Below are positions 36,313 to 44,708 of a stretch of DNA of 64,000 nt, piece after piece. The DNA lies in NCBI GenBank assembly GCA_904386005.1, contig CAJFKR010000002.1, forward strand, positions 741-64,740, read 5' to 3'. The notes beneath the pieces were generated by a model. That model was not told the DNA's origin, did no database searches, and saw only the letters and a list, made by a program, of their open reading frames with translations. The DNA is from Candidatus Flemingiibacterium merdigallinarum. Its GTDB lineage: Bacteria; Bacillota; Clostridia; Oscillospirales; CAG-272. The position numbers and the translations under genes were made by a program. Each line of letters starts with the position of its first letter. The stretch's first letter is position 1.

Positions 36313-36441
36313 AGCAACGCCGCCCGTCAGCATGACAGGCGGCGATATTATTGCGATATTTCATATGACAATGGTGCATAATAACAGCTCTGCCGGTAAA
36401 TCCTGTTATTAGCGGATATAACCGCGAGGGAGGTACTCAAG

Positions 36442-36861
36442 TTGATATTACAATACACCGAATATCCGACGGTGTTTCTCACCGGAGCGGTCGGCTACAG
36501 TCTTATCGAAATCGTCTGGCGCGGCTATACCCACTGGTCGATGGCGCTGACCGGCGGGATTTGCTTTCTGTTTCTCTACATTATCGAGCGCGGTTATAAT
36601 AATGAGCCGCTCTGGAAAAAATGCGCGGCGGGCAGCTTGTTCATAACCAATCTTGAGCTTGTGGTCGGGTTCGTGGTCAACATCCTGCTCGGCTGGGCGG
36701 TCTGGGATTACTCCGACCTCACGTTCAACATCGCCGGACAAATCTGCCCGCTTTATACTGTGCTGTGGTTCGTTCTCTGCTTTCCGGTCAGCCTTGTCTG
36801 TACCGTACTGCGGCGGCTGTACAGTCAGCTCGGCGCGTCGCCCGCGACCTCGATTCGGTAG
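36442..36861 (+). CDS. small polytopic membrane protein (resembles the putative ABC-transporter type IV / DUF1113 family)
   Basis: It has four hydrophobic segments. The start TTG lies 8 nt after GGGAGG. The family assignment is from memory of the YSLIEIVWRG..HWSM pattern. Confidence 0.55.
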   Translation: MILQYTEYPTVFLTGAVGYSLIEIVWRGYTHWSMALTGGICFLFLYIIERGYNNEPLWKKCAAGSLFITNLELVVGFVVNILLGWAVWDYSDLTFNIAGQICPLYTVLWFVLCFPVSLVCTVLRRLYSQLGASPATSIR

Positions 36862-38633
36862 CCGGGGGCGGTCACGAGGTGGCGTATCCTGCCGCCGTAG
36901 AGCGGAACAAGCTCTTTTAAGTGCGTGACCGCGATGAAGTTGACGCCGTGGCGCATGAAATAATTCAGTATGTGATACAGCCCTTCGGCGCCCTCGGAAT
37001 AGGCGGTCGTCTGAAACACCTCGTTTAACAGCAGCAGCGAGTTCGGCTGAATCCTTTCGGCGAGCTGCGAGAGGATGCGCACCTCCTGCTCGAAGCGTCC
37101 GGCGTCGTTGCCCGACACGAACTCCTTTTCGGCTGCGGCGTAGCAGGTGTAGACCGCGCTCAATATCCGCATCCTCGCCGACTCGCAGGGGACGGGAAGT
37201 CCGGCTTGAAACAACAGCTGCGCCGTTCCGACCGAGCGCAGATATACCGTCTTGCCGCTGTTGTTCTCCCCGGTTATCAGTATGCCCGGCACGCCCGCGG
37301 CTTTACTGGAATTATCGTCAGCAGAACCCGTGACAGAAACATTGTCGGCTTGGCTCGCGTCGGAGTCATTGTCGGCTCGGCTTGCGCCGGAGTCATTGTA
37401 GGCTTGGCTTGCGTCGGAGTCATTGTCGGCTCGGCTTGTGCCGGAAACATTGTCAGCTCGGTTCGCGACAGAATCGCTGGTCGGAAAGCAGATGTCGTTC
37501 GGCACTACATCCTTCGCGGCGAGCGCGCGCCCCGCGAGCAAAAGGTCGTACAGCCGCGATATCTCTATTGGCTCGCGCTGATCCGATTCAGGCTCGATTA
37601 TCTCGGGATAGCAGAGCGGCAGCTCTTTTTCCTTTGCCATATTTATGTAGTCGAGCGCGAGCTCGTAGAAGGTCAGCTCGTCGGACAGCCGCGAAAAGCC
37701 TTCGATAAGCTCGCGGACAAAGCCGGACAGGATGTTCGACAGAGTCACATAGGCTTCATATGACAAGCGGTTGCGCAGCCGGCTGCCCGGGTCGGGCAGC
37801 TGCACCCGCCGCTCGATGCGCGTCTCGGGAGCACTTATCTGACCGGCGCGGCGATTATTCGATTTCGCGCCGACATTGCCGGTATTTTCGGCGCGGCTTG
37901 TAATATTGCCGGCAGAATCTCCGGCGGCTTTTTCATGCTTTGACGGCTTCGAGAAAAGCTTCATGATCGACAGCGGCGGCTTTATATTCAGCGGCGACCT
38001 CGTCTCCTCGGAGGGGGTCGATACCCGTCCCGACGCGAATTCAAAGCCGCATACCCGACCGCCGTCGTTTATTTTCAGCCGAACTAACATATTGCCGCCG
38101 TTGGACAACAGCGACGTGATTCGACCGCATATGTCGGCAAGCTCGGACGCGTATTTTGTGCAGCTCTCGGCGTGACGCATAAGCTCGCAGAGTCTCGGCG
38201 ACGTCGGGTGACCGCGGCGCAGAAGCTCGGCTATGCGCACGACGACCTCGAGCGACTTTTCGACGCTGACCGCGAGAAATATCAGCGCGTGCTTCTGATT
38301 TTCCGAGGACGCCTCGCTGTATGTGCCGCGCGACAATGAAGCCGAGCGCGCGCGGTCACGGTTTACCTCGCCGTGCAGTCGCGACAGCTCGTCGAGCTCG
38401 CGCCGCAGCTCGGACAAGAGACTCGGGTTCGAGACGAAGTCGGCGAGCACTTCCCGCCGAAGTACAAGCTCTTCGCGGCTTTGTGACAGATCGGTCAGTA
38501 CCGATAAAAATACGCGCTGGCGTTCGGTGTTCGGACAGAAGTTTGAGACAGTCTCGCTAAGGCGCAGATCGTCGTCGAGCGTCGTGTCGGGCGGCGCGAG
38601 CTCGCGATTGTCAAGACAAATTATACTTATCAT
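36825..38633 (-). CDS. MutS-family ATPase (domain V) paralogue B, lacking mismatch-binding and Smr domains
   Basis: Walker A is ITGENNSGKTVYLRS. The Walker B-like segment is LLLLNEVF (Asn in place of Asp). The His-switch segment is AVTHLKEL. A 5 x 9-aa acidic Ser/Asp repeat sits just before the P-loop. The gene overlaps paralogue A by 4 nt. Confidence 0.8.
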   Translation of the reverse strand: MISIICLDNRELAPPDTTLDDDLRLSETVSNFCPNTERQRVFLSVLTDLSQSREELVLRREVLADFVSNPSLLSELRRELDELSRLHGEVNRDRARSASLSRGTYSEASSENQKHALIFLAVSVEKSLEVVVRIAELLRRGHPTSPRLCELMRHAESCTKYASELADICGRITSLLSNGGNMLVRLKINDGGRVCGFEFASGRVSTPSEETRSPLNIKPPLSIMKLFSKPSKHEKAAGDSAGNITSRAENTGNVGAKSNNRRAGQISAPETRIERRVQLPDPGSRLRNRLSYEAYVTLSNILSGFVRELIEGFSRLSDELTFYELALDYINMAKEKELPLCYPEIIEPESDQREPIEISRLYDLLLAGRALAAKDVVPNDICFPTSDSVANRADNVSGTSRADNDSDASQAYNDSGASRADNDSDASQADNVSVTGSADDNSSKAAGVPGILITGENNSGKTVYLRSVGTAQLLFQAGLPVPCESARMRILSAVYTCYAAAEKEFVSGNDAGRFEQEVRILSQLAERIQPNSLLLLNEVFQTTAYSEGAEGLYHILNYFMRHGVNFIAVTHLKELVPLYGGRIRHLVTAPGYRIEVAGDAPS

Positions 38634-40111
38634 GTAACAAGCCCCTCCGCTTTCAGCTTTTCCTCGAGCGACTGCGCGTCGAGATTATACTTTTTCAGAA
38701 TATCGCGCGCGTAGGACGAAAGGTCGGGCTTTTGTCTGACTATTTTGAACGTGCGCTTTGCGGTATCCTCGCCCATCAATGTGGTAAGGCAGCAGTAGCC
38801 GGCCATGACTACCTCGTGAAAGTGAGTGACCCAGAGCGAAAAGCAGCCGAGCGTCTTTAGCTTATCGGCGGTTTCGAGCGTCAGCTCGGCGCCCTTGCGG
38901 TCGTCGGCGCCCGAGTAGGTTTCGTTCATGAAAACGAAGCTGTCGGCAGTCAGACCGGCGAGTATCGAGTTCACGCGCGCAAGCTCCTCCATGAGCCGAC
39001 CCGAATTCGTGAATTCCTCGTCGGCGGGGAAGTGCGTGACGACTCGGTCGAAGCGGTAGACCGACGCGCGGCGGGCGAATATCGGCGCTCCGCCGAGCGC
39101 GAGCAGCAGGTTTCCGGCGGCGCAGCGCAGATACGCGGTCTTGCCGCCGCCGTTCGCTCCGGTGAGAAAGCAGACGTCCGAGCCGGACGCGGCGTCGAAA
39201 TCGATGTCGTTCGGCACGACCTCGCAGCCCTTTACAAGCAGCGAGAAGTCGCAGGCATCCTCGGCGTAAAACCGCTTGTCCTCGCAAAGCTCGGGATAGA
39301 CTGTCGGAAATCCGGCCGCGCGTCCGCGTTCGATGAGCCGGACAATGTCAAAGCAGAACGACAGCTCACCCTTAAGCGAGAGCGGCGAGTCGTCGAGCCG
39401 AAACTCCCACTCGCCGCGCAGCGCGACGAGCGGGCGCAGGTCGTCGTGGTGAAGCTCGGCGAGCGCGACCGACAGCTCGGCAGGCATACGCAGCTCGTGC
39501 GAGACAACGCGCGGCTTGTACGTGTCGGTCTCGCAGACGAGGCAGAGCCGTTCGGTCAGGTTTTCGTCGATTATGTTTGTGAGCGAAAGCCCGCGCTCGG
39601 TCAGCTCGACTCCGGTGTTCGACAATATTCCGGCAATCCCGTCGCATTCGGCTGCCATCTGTCCGAGTTCATTTTCGATAGCGGCTTTGCTCATAAGCTC
39701 GGACTTCACGGCTATTACCGTTTCCGGCAGGTCGAGCTTATATTCAGCCGCGAGCCGCTCGGCGAGGGCGCAGAGGTCGAGAATGCGGTTATGCGATTCG
39801 AGATGGATTTTGCAGCGTCCGAGAAAGCAGAGGAGCCCCTCGATGCTGTTCGCGGCGTTCTTGAAGGCTGCCACCGACTGCGAATACGCGGACAATGTCT
39901 CGTCGAGCAGCTTCGCCGCGGCGATGAATTCGGGCAGCTCCAGGAGCCGGAAGAGCCGCTGCCGGGCGAGCCGTTCATCCGGCTTCAGCGTGACCAGCAG
40001 GAATTCGACGGTATCGGCTTCGAGCAGACGGGGGAGCATGAGGTCGTCGGCAATGTGCGCGGGGTGAGTCGCGCGTCCGTCGCGGTCATATAAGTACAGC
40101 AGTGAAATCAT
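38630..40111 (-). CDS. MutS-family ATPase (domain V) paralogue A
   Basis: Walker A is LTGANGGGKTAYLRC. The Walker B-like segment is FVFMNETY. The signature-like segment is NSGRLMEEL and the His-switch segment is VTHFHEV. The N-terminal half is helical and has no recognisable mismatch clamp. Confidence 0.8.
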   Translation of the reverse strand: MISLLYLYDRDGRATHPAHIADDLMLPRLLEADTVEFLLVTLKPDERLARQRLFRLLELPEFIAAAKLLDETLSAYSQSVAAFKNAANSIEGLLCFLGRCKIHLESHNRILDLCALAERLAAEYKLDLPETVIAVKSELMSKAAIENELGQMAAECDGIAGILSNTGVELTERGLSLTNIIDENLTERLCLVCETDTYKPRVVSHELRMPAELSVALAELHHDDLRPLVALRGEWEFRLDDSPLSLKGELSFCFDIVRLIERGRAAGFPTVYPELCEDKRFYAEDACDFSLLVKGCEVVPNDIDFDAASGSDVCFLTGANGGGKTAYLRCAAGNLLLALGGAPIFARRASVYRFDRVVTHFPADEEFTNSGRLMEELARVNSILAGLTADSFVFMNETYSGADDRKGAELTLETADKLKTLGCFSLWVTHFHEVVMAGYCCLTTLMGEDTAKRTFKIVRQKPDLSSYARDILKKYNLDAQSLEEKLKAEGLVT

Positions 40112-40126
40112 ATATCGGTCACACTG

Positions 40127-41326
40127 TCATATCGCGGTCACGCCGTCAGAATTTATCAGAAATCCTCCCGGCTTCAGCAGACGTTTTAATTCGGGCTTAT
40201 CGGCGGTGTGGTCGGCGGTGAAGTCGACTATCATGTCGAACGAGCCGGGGATGATATGCGGCGAGTCGACGTCGTCCAGTACGAACTGCATATCGGCGTA
40301 GACCTTTGAATGGAGCGCTTCCTCGACTGCCTTCAGACGCTTGACGTCCGAGTCGAGGACTATGTATTCGACCTCGCGCTGCTTGTCGGTGTAGTAGAAC
40401 TGTGTAACAAAATCAGGGTCGGGCGAGCCGAGCAGGAGTATGAGCTGATACGAATCGAGCCGCAGGCTGATTTCGTCCGCGTTCGGAAGCTTTGTGAGCG
40501 GCGGTATGCGCGCTCCGGACTCATCGTCGATCATGCGCAGAATATTGTCGACATATTCGGGCTTGACGCCGCAGCGGCAGCGGCGGGCGTAGAAGCCGGG
40601 TATCGGCTGCGAGCAGACCGGACAGGTGAAAAGGCTGAACGCGGGTCGGGTCTCGCTGCGCAGGCGCGCGTAGTTGTTGCGCCGCATGATATTCAGCGCG
40701 TCGCCGTCGATGATACCGAACACGACCGCCGATTCGACCGCCGTCTGCGAGTAGCTGCCGAGCAGGTCGAGGAAGTGATAGTCGAGCTCTCCGTCGATTA
40801 TTTTTTGGAAGATGACGTCGGCCGCGTACGGACCGAGCAGCGGCATCAGATGTTCGAGCAGATTCATGTCGGTGTCGGCGAGCGAGTCGAACGACGCCGA
40901 CTGCATGAGCTTGCCGGTGTCGGTTTCGTTCAGATATTCGGCGAGCGACAGCAGGTGCGATATATTCAGTCCCTGCTTTGACAGGCTCTCGGCGAGCTTG
41001 TTTAGGACGCTCGGCTTGAACAGCGGCGCGAGGTTGACGACATCCTCGGCGTTTGTCGGCGAGACGTCCTGACCCTTAGCGACGGCGTCGAGTATCTCGG
41101 CCTCGCCGCGGCTGGGCGTTCCCGAGCCGATAAGCGTGTCGACCGTGACTCCGAATATCTCGGCGAGCTTGCCGAGCACGGTCACGTCCGGGAAGCTCTC
41201 GCCGCACTCGTAACGCGATATTGCCTGACGCGTAAGTCCGAGCCTGTCTCCGAGCTCCGACTGCGTCATATCGGCGGCCTTTCTGAGACTTGCGATATAT
41301 GAGCCGAATTTTGCGGTATCAAACAT
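40127..41326 (-). CDS. XRE-family helix-turn-helix protein with a zinc ribbon and a C-terminal methyltransferase-like remnant
   Basis: The HTH is MTQSELGDRLGLTRQAISRYECGESFP. The Cys4 motif is CPVCSQ...CRCG. The tail is GSFDMIVDF...LKPGGFLI. ATG 41326 follows AAAGGA; GTG 41344 is an alternative. Confidence 0.8.
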   Translation of the reverse strand: MFDTAKFGSYIASLRKAADMTQSELGDRLGLTRQAISRYECGESFPDVTVLGKLAEIFGVTVDTLIGSGTPSRGEAEILDAVAKGQDVSPTNAEDVVNLAPLFKPSVLNKLAESLSKQGLNISHLLSLAEYLNETDTGKLMQSASFDSLADTDMNLLEHLMPLLGPYAADVIFQKIIDGELDYHFLDLLGSYSQTAVESAVVFGIIDGDALNIMRRNNYARLRSETRPAFSLFTCPVCSQPIPGFYARRCRCGVKPEYVDNILRMIDDESGARIPPLTKLPNADEISLRLDSYQLILLLGSPDPDFVTQFYYTDKQREVEYIVLDSDVKRLKAVEEALHSKVYADMQFVLDDVDSPHIIPGSFDMIVDFTADHTADKPELKRLLKPGGFLINSDGVTAI

Positions 41327-41434
41327 ATTTTTCAGTCCTTTCACAGAATTTTATGCTACCATTATACCACAACTTCGGGCAAATAACAAGCAATAATTTC
41401 GTGCATATGTATGCGGTGATATTAATAATACGGC

Positions 41435-41904
41435 GGGCTGAATGATAGTCGGGATGGCGGGCTGAATGGCAGTCGGAATTGCGGGCTGAATGTAGTTGGA
41501 ACGACGGACTGAATGGCAGTCGGAATTGCGGGCTGAATGATAGTTGGAACAGCGAGCTGAATGGCAGTCGGGACAGCGAGCTTAATGTAGCTGGAACAGC
41601 GGACTGAATATAGTTGGAACGATGGGTTGAATGACAGTCGGAACGATGGGCTGAATGATAGTCTGAACGGCGAGCTGAATGGCAGTCGTGACAGTAGGCT
41701 GAATGGTAGTCTGAACAGCGGGCTGAATGACAGTCGGAACGATGGGCTGAATGATAGTCGGGACAGCGGACAGAATGACAGTCGTAACGACGGACTGAAT
41801 TAAGTCGTGACAGTGGGCTGAATTTAGTCGTGACAGCGGGCGTAATGACAGTTGTAACAGCAGGCTGAATGGTTGTTTGATTGGCAGGGATTACAGCAGG
41901 AATT
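41435..41904. repeat. degenerate 23-24-bp tandem array, about 19-20 units (consensus GGGCTGAATGRYAGTCGGAACRRC)
   Basis: I parsed the units consecutively by eye. Stop codons occur in all frames. The array lies between the spoIVA terminator cluster and the HTH gene. Confidence 0.9.
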
Positions 41905-41948
41905 ACTGTCGGCGATGATATTCGGCGTCAGGATATCTATTAACGATT

Positions 41949-42072
41949 ATAATAAAAGGAATTCGCCGCAGGCGAATTCCTACCACAGCTCTCCTGCTCC
42001 GCCTACAGCGGAGCAGGAGACCACTCTCCACTCTCTGCTTTGCAAAGCAAAGCAGACCACTCTCCACTCTTA
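41949..42072 (-). terminator. three-hairpin modular element downstream of spoIVA; the last hairpin is a T-tailed terminator
   Basis: The hairpins are at 42034-42056, 41990-42020 and 41958-41980. The last one is ggaattcgcc/gcgaattcc followed on the minus strand by TTTTATTAT. They are separated by the conserved linkers ACCACTCTCCACTCT and CCACAGCTCT. Confidence 0.7.
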
Positions 42073-42096
42073 TAACGCAGCTGCTTCAACCCGCGC

Positions 42097-43575
42097 TTAA
42101 AGTATAATACAGATGAGCCCTCCGCTGCCCTCGTTGATGATGCGGGCGAGCGTCTCGGACAGCTTCGCCCTCGCGTCGTCCGGCATATGGTCGAGCTTGG
42201 TGTGCAGCCCCTCGTTGACCAGCTCGTATAGGGTCTTGCCGAATAGGTTCGAGTCCCAGATCTTCTTCGGGTTCTCCTCGAATTCCTTCAGCATATACTT
42301 GACCAGCTCCTCCGATTGCTGCTCGGTGCCGACTACCGGACTGATTTCAGTCTCGATTTCAGCCTTGATCATGTGTATGCTCGGCGCGGACGCGCGCAGG
42401 CGGACGCCATATCCGCCCGACTGCTTGACAATCTCCGGCTCCTCGAGCTTGAGGTCGTCAATCTCGGGCGTGACTATGCCGTATCCCTTCTTCTCAACCT
42501 CGTCGAGCGCTTCGGCGACCCGGTCGTATTTCTCCTTCATCCCCGCAAGCTCGCGCAGCAGAGTTATCAGCTTCTCCTCACTCGATATGTCAAACCCGCA
42601 GAGCTCGCTGATCGTCTTGTAATATAGCCCGTCGCAGAGCTCGACCGTCAGCGACGCCCTGCCTTTGCCAAGGTCGATTTTGTCCACCTTGACCGACTTT
42701 ACGATATCGCTTTGTCCGACGTCGGTGAAGACGCGCGAGATTTCGCCTATCTTTGTCACCGCCGACGCGCGTTCCATTATAAAGTCGTTCAGTTCGCCGC
42801 GCAGACTGTGCGTCACTTCGAGCGCGTTCAGCCAGTCGGGCAGCTTCACATTGATTTCACAGACCGGGAACTCGCACAGCACCAGCTCGAGTATATGTCT
42901 GATGTCGTCGCTGTCAAGCTCAAGACAGTTGACGAGCGCGACCGGAGCGCCGTATTTTTCTTCAAGCTTATACGCGAGGCTGACCGCGGTGTCGCTGCGC
43001 GGATTCGCTGAATTTAAGATTATCGCGAACGGCTTGTTTATCTCCTTTAGCTCGCGGACGACCCGCTCCTCGGCTTCGACGTAATTTTCACGCGGCAGCT
43101 CGCCTATCGTGCCGTCGGTAGTGACGAGCATACCGACGGTCGAGTGCTCGTTTATGACCTTGCGCGTGCCGAGCTCGGCGGCTTCAATGAACGGCATCGG
43201 CTCGGACTGCCACGGCGTGTGTACCATGCGCGGATGCCCGTCCTCGATATGTCCTATAGCGTCGGGGATTATGTATCCGACGCAGTCGATGATTTTGACT
43301 TTCATCACGGCGTTGTCGGCGAGAGTTATCTCGACCGCTTCGTCGGGGATGAACTTTGGCTCGGTCGTCATGACCGTCTTGCCGGCCGCGCTCTGCGGCA
43401 TCTCGTCGCGGGCGCGCTCGCGCTCGTTTTCGTCGCGGATGTTCGGGATGACGAGCGCTTCCATGAATTTTTTGATAAATGTGGATTTTCCGGTGCGCAC
43501 CGGTCCGATAACTCCGAGATAGAAGGTATTCGCGGTGCGCTCGGCTATATCCTTGTAGATTGAGGTATCAGCCAT
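42097..43575 (-). CDS. spoIVA: stage IV sporulation protein A
   Basis: The N-terminus is IYKDIAERTANTFYLGVIGPVRTGKSTFIKKFME. The length of 492 aa and overall collinearity match SpoIVA. Confidence 0.95.
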   Translation of the reverse strand: MADTSIYKDIAERTANTFYLGVIGPVRTGKSTFIKKFMEALVIPNIRDENERERARDEMPQSAAGKTVMTTEPKFIPDEAVEITLADNAVMKVKIIDCVGYIIPDAIGHIEDGHPRMVHTPWQSEPMPFIEAAELGTRKVINEHSTVGMLVTTDGTIGELPRENYVEAEERVVRELKEINKPFAIILNSANPRSDTAVSLAYKLEEKYGAPVALVNCLELDSDDIRHILELVLCEFPVCEINVKLPDWLNALEVTHSLRGELNDFIMERASAVTKIGEISRVFTDVGQSDIVKSVKVDKIDLGKGRASLTVELCDGLYYKTISELCGFDISSEEKLITLLRELAGMKEKYDRVAEALDEVEKKGYGIVTPEIDDLKLEEPEIVKQSGGYGVRLRASAPSIHMIKAEIETEISPVVGTEQQSEELVKYMLKEFEENPKKIWDSNLFGKTLYELVNEGLHTKLDHMPDDARAKLSETLARIINEGSGGLICIIL

Positions 43576-43779
43576 TTATATATTCCTCCTTAATATATCG
43601 CGATAAATCGCCGCCGTATACCGCCGGCATACGCTTGTCATCGGCGGATATCACTGCTGCTTTAATATATGAGACATGGCTTGCGAATATGCTCGCCGCC
43701 GCGGATTTTCGGATGGCGAGACGCGATTAACAATTTTTCAGGGCTGGTACGCATTTATAATCAAATTTGAGAAATTATC

Positions 43780-43808
43780 TTGACAAGTAAAATACAGCAT
43801 GATATAAT
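43780..43808 (+). promoter_or_regulatory. consensus promoter (TTGACA, 17 nt, TATAAT) of the corrinoid operon
   Basis: There is an exact TTGACA at 43780-43785 and an exact TATAAT at 43803-43808. A leader of about 235 nt follows. Confidence 0.7.
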
Positions 43809-44043
43809 TCACATAAGCGATGTTAAATCATCGCGTGCGTGCGATTAATTCCAACGCTGTGTCCATTTCACCTCCCCCCCTTCCATGTTGAGCACCGCGT
43901 TGGAATCCGCGCGCATATGACTGCAAGGCAGGACAATATGCTAACTGTGATGGCAGGACCGAAATGTGCTGCCGAACAGTCGGTCGGATCAGCCGGACCA
44001 AGCGGTCGGAAACCATTAAAATCTGTTTATAAGGAGAACTATC

Positions 44044-44685
44044 ATGAGCATTCTCAATGAAATTTCCGAAAACCTCCAGAAGGGTAAGGCAAAGATCGTA
44101 AAGCAGCTGGTACAGCAGGCTATCGACGAAAAGGTGCCGGTTGACGAGATACTCAATCAGGGTCTGCTCGACGGTATGAGCGTGATCGGCGAAAAGTTCA
44201 AGAACAACGAGGTGTTCGTGCCCGAGGTTCTCGTAGCGGCGCGCGCTATGAACGCCGGCGTCGAGCTTATCAAGCCGCTGCTCGCAGCCGCAGGCGTAAA
44301 GGCTACCGGCCGCGTCTGCATCGGAACCGTCCGCGGAGACCTGCACGACATCGGCAAGAACCTTGTCAAGATGATGCTCGAGGGCAAGGGTCTTGAGGTT
44401 ATCGACCTCGGTACCGACGTCTCGCCCGACACGTTCGTTCAGACCGCGATCGACCAGAACTGCCAGATCATCTGCTGCTCGGCTCTGCTCACGACCACGA
44501 TGTCCGAGATGGAGAACGTCGTCAAGAAGGCTACCGAGGCCGGAATCCGCGACAAGGTCAAGATCATGATCGGCGGCGCGCCGGTAACTCAGGCGTTCTG
44601 CGACCAGATCGGCGCTGACTGCTACACGCCCGACGCGGCGAGCGCGGCTGACGCTGCCGCTGAATTCTGCAAGGCGATGGCATAA
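44044..44685 (+). CDS. corrinoid (cobalamin-binding) protein of a methyltransferase system
   Basis: The B12-binding DxHxxG motif is GDLHDIGKNLV. The protein has an N-terminal helical cap and a Rossmann-like C-terminus (KIMIGGAP). AAGGAG lies upstream. Confidence 0.9.
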   Translation: MSILNEISENLQKGKAKIVKQLVQQAIDEKVPVDEILNQGLLDGMSVIGEKFKNNEVFVPEVLVAARAMNAGVELIKPLLAAAGVKATGRVCIGTVRGDLHDIGKNLVKMMLEGKGLEVIDLGTDVSPDTFVQTAIDQNCQIICCSALLTTTMSEMENVVKKATEAGIRDKVKIMIGGAPVTQAFCDQIGADCYTPDAASAADAAAEFCKAMA

Positions 44686-44708
44686 AGCGGCCTCGGTATT
44701 TCTCCGAT

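Noticed and set aside
43810-44043. Calling the corrinoid-operon leader a cobalamin riboswitch.
   Set aside because: I found only loose resemblance (GTTGGAATCCGCGC versus the GGTGNGAATCC region). I found no convincing B12 box (AGYCMGGAGACCKGCC) or GCCACTG element. It is kept as an unclassified structured leader.
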